From an uncultured Clostridia bacterium (GTDB lineage Bacteria; Bacillota; Clostridia; Oscillospirales; CAG-272), in contig CANPZU010000002.1 in NCBI GenBank assembly GCA_947588825.1, positions 12,750 to 76,749 on the forward strand: 64,000 nucleotides of DNA, given 5' to 3'. The notes under the pieces are model-generated. The model was not told the DNA's origin, made no database searches, and saw only the letters and a list, made by a program, of their open reading frames with translations. The position numbers and the translations under genes are program-made. Positions 61,310 to 64,000 of this stretch are shown here, piece after piece. Position 1 is the first letter of the stretch. Each line of letters begins with the position of its first letter.

Positions 61310-64000
61310 TCAGGGCAGCGGATATTCCTGCGGGAAATAGACGTACATCAGCAAATAGATGGCGTCGTCCTCGTTTGTCTCTCCGTTGCCGTCAAAATCG
61401 CAGTCGACTAAAAGCGGGTATTCCTCAGGAAAATAGGTGTACATCATAAGATATACCGAATCGGAATCGTCAACCTTGTAGTTTTGATCGACGTCCCCCG
61501 CAAGATATTCAAGCTTTTCAACATAGGTGTCGCGGTAAGAGAGGCGGCAGTCGGGACAACTGTGAAGAGTGTAGCCTTCCTCCCAAAGAGTGGGCGGCAC
61601 AACCGTGCTTTCAAAGCTATGACCCCGCGCGGCTGTCTTCATCGCCTCAAAATAATCGCAGCCTTCCTCTTGGCACTGCCTTATCAGCACGCCGTTTTCG
61701 GTGCAGCCGACATTTTGAAGGATGATCGGGTCTGACAGGTCGTGATCACTTGAGCTTACAAAGATTTCAATTTCACCGTACATGCTTTCATCGTTTTTCT
61801 CGTAAAAGCGCACCTTCACGTATCCAAAGGAAACGCCGGTCAGTAGACCGTCATCGCTCAAATTCGCGCTGCCGGTCATGTTTTTGCACTCCCAAACATA
61901 TTTCTTGTCGGGGTCGGCCCCTTCCACGCTTATTTGTATGCTTTGCTCCGTTTTTACGGTATCGGATTCTGCATAAAGAGTGTAGCCGCCGGCATTCTTA
62001 CTTTCGCCCGCATAAAAGTCAAGCGACAAAGGTGCAAGGTCGCATACTACGCTGTTTCCCGCCTTGTCGGCAAGGTCAAGCGATGTAAGGCTCCACTTTC
62101 CCGACGCGCTGCCCTTTGGCAGGGTAAAGCTTATGTTATATAACCTCCACTCGCTCGCATTACCCTCAAAATACTCGGTATAGCTGTTTTCATGGTAAAT
62201 ACTGAGATAGTGCTCCTTGCCCGTCGGGTCGAGCAGACCGAGCGTCATTTTTTCAAGCCCGGACGCGTCGTCCCGCACAAAGAAGCCGATAGTCACGTCG
62301 GTCTGCGTTCCTCTCGGGTTCAAGCTTGAGCTGAACGCGCCGAGAATAATGTTTTCTCTTGAAAGCTCGGGCGCTTCGCTATCCGAGTACTCGCTCTCAA
62401 ACTCAAAGCTCGGCGCATTTTGCGAAAGGTCATCTGAAACGAAGGTGATCTCGGATTCGTTGCCGGCCATGTCACGTAAAACAAGACGATCTACTATGTA
62501 TTCACCCGATCTCATGTATTTTGTGAACGTGAAAGTGATTACTCCCTCTCCCGTTTCATTGTCAAATTCGCCGTACGCGCCAAAATGGTAGGCGGGGTCA
62601 TCGGCTTTTGATATCTCGCAGTACGCCTCGCTTATCCCCATGTCGTCAAATCCCTTGAAGCGCACATGAACATAAGTGAGCTCGTCCGTTTCTTCCCCTT
62701 CTTGCGTTTCTTCTCCTTCTTGCCCTTGAGTTTCTTCTCCCTCTTGAGTTTCTTCTCCTTTTGTACCGGCCTTTTCACTCGTCACCGTCAGGGAAGAGCT
62801 TTCGTATTCGGGAGCGTTTGTGTCATAAAGTAAATTGTCAATGTACAGCTCCCAGCCAAAGCCGTCGGAAGATACGGTCATTTGACTCTCGTCCTCGCAG
62901 CTAAGCTCGATCTCTTCACAGTGCCAGTAGCCCTTGCAGCTGTATCTGCTGAGCGTAATAACACCGCGCAGCACTAAATCTTCCCCGTCTGCGGGTGAAA
63001 GCCGCAGATCGTAAAACGTGTCGGCATCGCTGAATATCCTTATATACGCGCCGTCTACAAGATCGGCGCCGTTTGCCCGCGAGTCAAGCGTCAGAGTCAA
63101 TGTGACCTGCTTGTTCTCCTCCGGCGCTCCCGCGACCTTTATATCAAGTCCCGCAATAACGCTGCGTAAAGCAAGATCGGGATACAGGGAATAAACCTCA
63201 ACCTCGCCGCTTGAGCTTTCTTTGGTGCCGTATGCCCCGCCGTTCATTATAAAATCCTCGACAAAAGCGTATTTGTCGGGCGAGATCGCCTTAAGCTTGT
63301 TTGGCAGCATCACATAACACGCCATGGCGTTTGCAATATCCTCTGCGGGAGTTTGAACGTCGGAATACTCCTCTATAAGCTCACCCTCACTCGTCCATAT
63401 AAGCTCGTTCCCTTCTCCCCGCTCGCTGCGCCAGTGGCCGAGAGCTTGCCATTCTTCTTTGAAACTTTCCGAGAAAGTGTGCGCCCAAAACGCAATTGAT
63501 TTCAAATACAGCAAGTACCCAAGGCTTTCGTTTGAAGTAAGACCGCCGCCCTCAAAAGAAAGATCGCAAAATTCCATGTATCCCTGCTCGGCATACATGT
63601 AAAAAACAAACGGCTCGTCGGGATAAAGCGGATTTTGACCTCCGCTTGCCCTGCGCACAAGATATTTGAGATTCGGCGTCTCGTGAAAACCTTCGCTCTC
63701 CCTTGCAAAGAGCTCGAGAATCGCAAGCAGCTCTTGTGGCTTGAACTGCCCAAAGCAAATATCGCTCTCCTGCGTCGTGTCAGCCGTAAGGCTTTCATAA
63801 TCCTCGACTTTTATCGAGCAGCCGTACTTTATTTTAAGTAACTCGTCTATAAAGGAAATGTCCTCGCCGTATTTTGACGCGTAACGTATCAGCGCACCGT
63901 ACAGACCGCTTGAAAAATATTCGCCCTTCGGTGTCTCAAACACGCCCGCCCGCCGCGGCGCCTCCTCAAAAGCCGACGCGCTTATCTTTATAAGATCGAC
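61310..64000 (-). CDS. Large secreted protein with C-terminal dockerin-like duplicated Ca-binding segment (partial; open to window end)
   Basis: The C-terminus reads ..GDVDQNYKVDDSDSVYLMMYTYF..DFDGNGETNEDDAIYLLMYVYF.. The frame has no stop between 63943 and 64000, and the tracked 'M' is a GTG with no signal peptide. The true N-terminus therefore lies outside the window. Confidence 0.6.
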   Translation of the reverse strand, partial: VDLIKISASAFEEAPRRAGVFETPKGEYFSSGLYGALIRYASKYGEDISFIDELLKIKYGCSIKVEDYESLTADTTQESDICFGQFKPQELLAILELFARESEGFHETPNLKYLVRRASGGQNPLYPDEPFVFYMYAEQGYMEFCDLSFEGGGLTSNESLGYLLYLKSIAFWAHTFSESFKEEWQALGHWRSERGEGNELIWTSEGELIEEYSDVQTPAEDIANAMACYVMLPNKLKAISPDKYAFVEDFIMNGGAYGTKESSSGEVEVYSLYPDLALRSVIAGLDIKVAGAPEENKQVTLTLTLDSRANGADLVDGAYIRIFSDADTFYDLRLSPADGEDLVLRGVITLSRYSCKGYWHCEEIELSCEDESQMTVSSDGFGWELYIDNLLYDTNAPEYESSSLTVTSEKAGTKGEETQEGEETQGQEGEETQEGEETDELTYVHVRFKGFDDMGISEAYCEISKADDPAYHFGAYGEFDNETGEGVITFTFTKYMRSGEYIVDRLVLRDMAGNESEITFVSDDLSQNAPSFEFESEYSDSEAPELSRENIILGAFSSSLNPRGTQTDVTIGFFVRDDASGLEKMTLGLLDPTGKEHYLSIYHENSYTEYFEGNASEWRLYNISFTLPKGSASGKWSLTSLDLADKAGNSVVCDLAPLSLDFYAGESKNAGGYTLYAESDTVKTEQSIQISVEGADPDKKYVWECKNMTGSANLSDDGLLTGVSFGYVKVRFYEKNDESMYGEIEIFVSSSDHDLSDPIILQNVGCTENGVLIRQCQEEGCDYFEAMKTAARGHSFESTVVPPTLWEEGYTLHSCPDCRLSYRDTYVEKLEYLAGDVDQNYKVDDSDSVYLMMYTYFPEEYPLLVDCDFDGNGETNEDDAIYLLMYVYFPQEYPLP
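62686..62766 (-). repeat. In-frame acidic tandem repeat (about 18 bp) encoding (G)EETQEG units
   Basis: gtttcttc[ct]cc[ct]tcttg is repeated about 4 times. The protein reads TKGEETQEGEETQGQEGEETQEGEETDE. Confidence 0.75.

Noticed and set aside
1-64000. Search for prophage, IS/transposon, integron, CRISPR-cas, restriction-modification, toxin-antitoxin or other defence loci.
   Set aside because: No ORF in either strand shows integrase, transposase, recombinase, nuclease-helicase, methyltransferase (other than RlmH) or phage-structural signatures. The hypothetical genes present are membrane or surface proteins. The window is best described as core chromosome.

Overview
The window reads as an ordinary chromosomal core segment of a spore-forming Clostridia-type Firmicute. 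The Rnf complex, SpoVG, a CotF-like coat protein, LexA, T-box regulation and a dockerin-like C-terminus support that guess, but the taxon is not proven. I found no transposase, integrase, phage, CRISPR-cas, toxin-antitoxin or recognisable defence genes.

Gene content by region:
- 1-17.4 kb: a sulfur/cysteine-rich block with mnmA', an HD protein, nifU, nifS, metY, cysK, an Rrf2 regulator, pnp, rpsO, asnB, a GH-D-like hydrolase, and a Cys T-box upstream of cysE-cysS.
- 17.5-35 kb: a sortase-anchored surface protein, lexA plus a membrane protein, ldh, an MBL-SDR-DUF362 cluster, a five-tRNA operon (Val-Asp-Phe-Gly-Cys), hslO, murC, spoVG, rlmH and galK.
- 35-42.4 kb: rnfCDGEAB-apbE plus NusG-II and Gx-transporter genes.
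- 43-49 kb: a five-gene polyamine operon.
- 49-64 kb: two tandem RimK-type ATP-grasp genes, zur-znuACB, an FTR-like protein with thioredoxin, birA-bioY, hsp20, and a large partial dockerin-like protein.

Three signals are not explained by standard annotation:
1. A modular, hairpin-dense intergenic repeat family (modules A-C-B-B) occurs at five loci. Its stems covary between copies, and hairpin loops are flipped in the inverted copy.
2. A leader of about 430 nt with no ORF >=60 aa in the supplied track lies between a consensus promoter and an intrinsic terminator upstream of the polyamine operon. It has long-range pairings and matches no riboswitch class I can recognise.
3. Short tandem repeats of about four copies recur in intergenic DNA, some phased at 10-11 bp.

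All homology calls come from reading the translated ORFs by eye. No database search was run.
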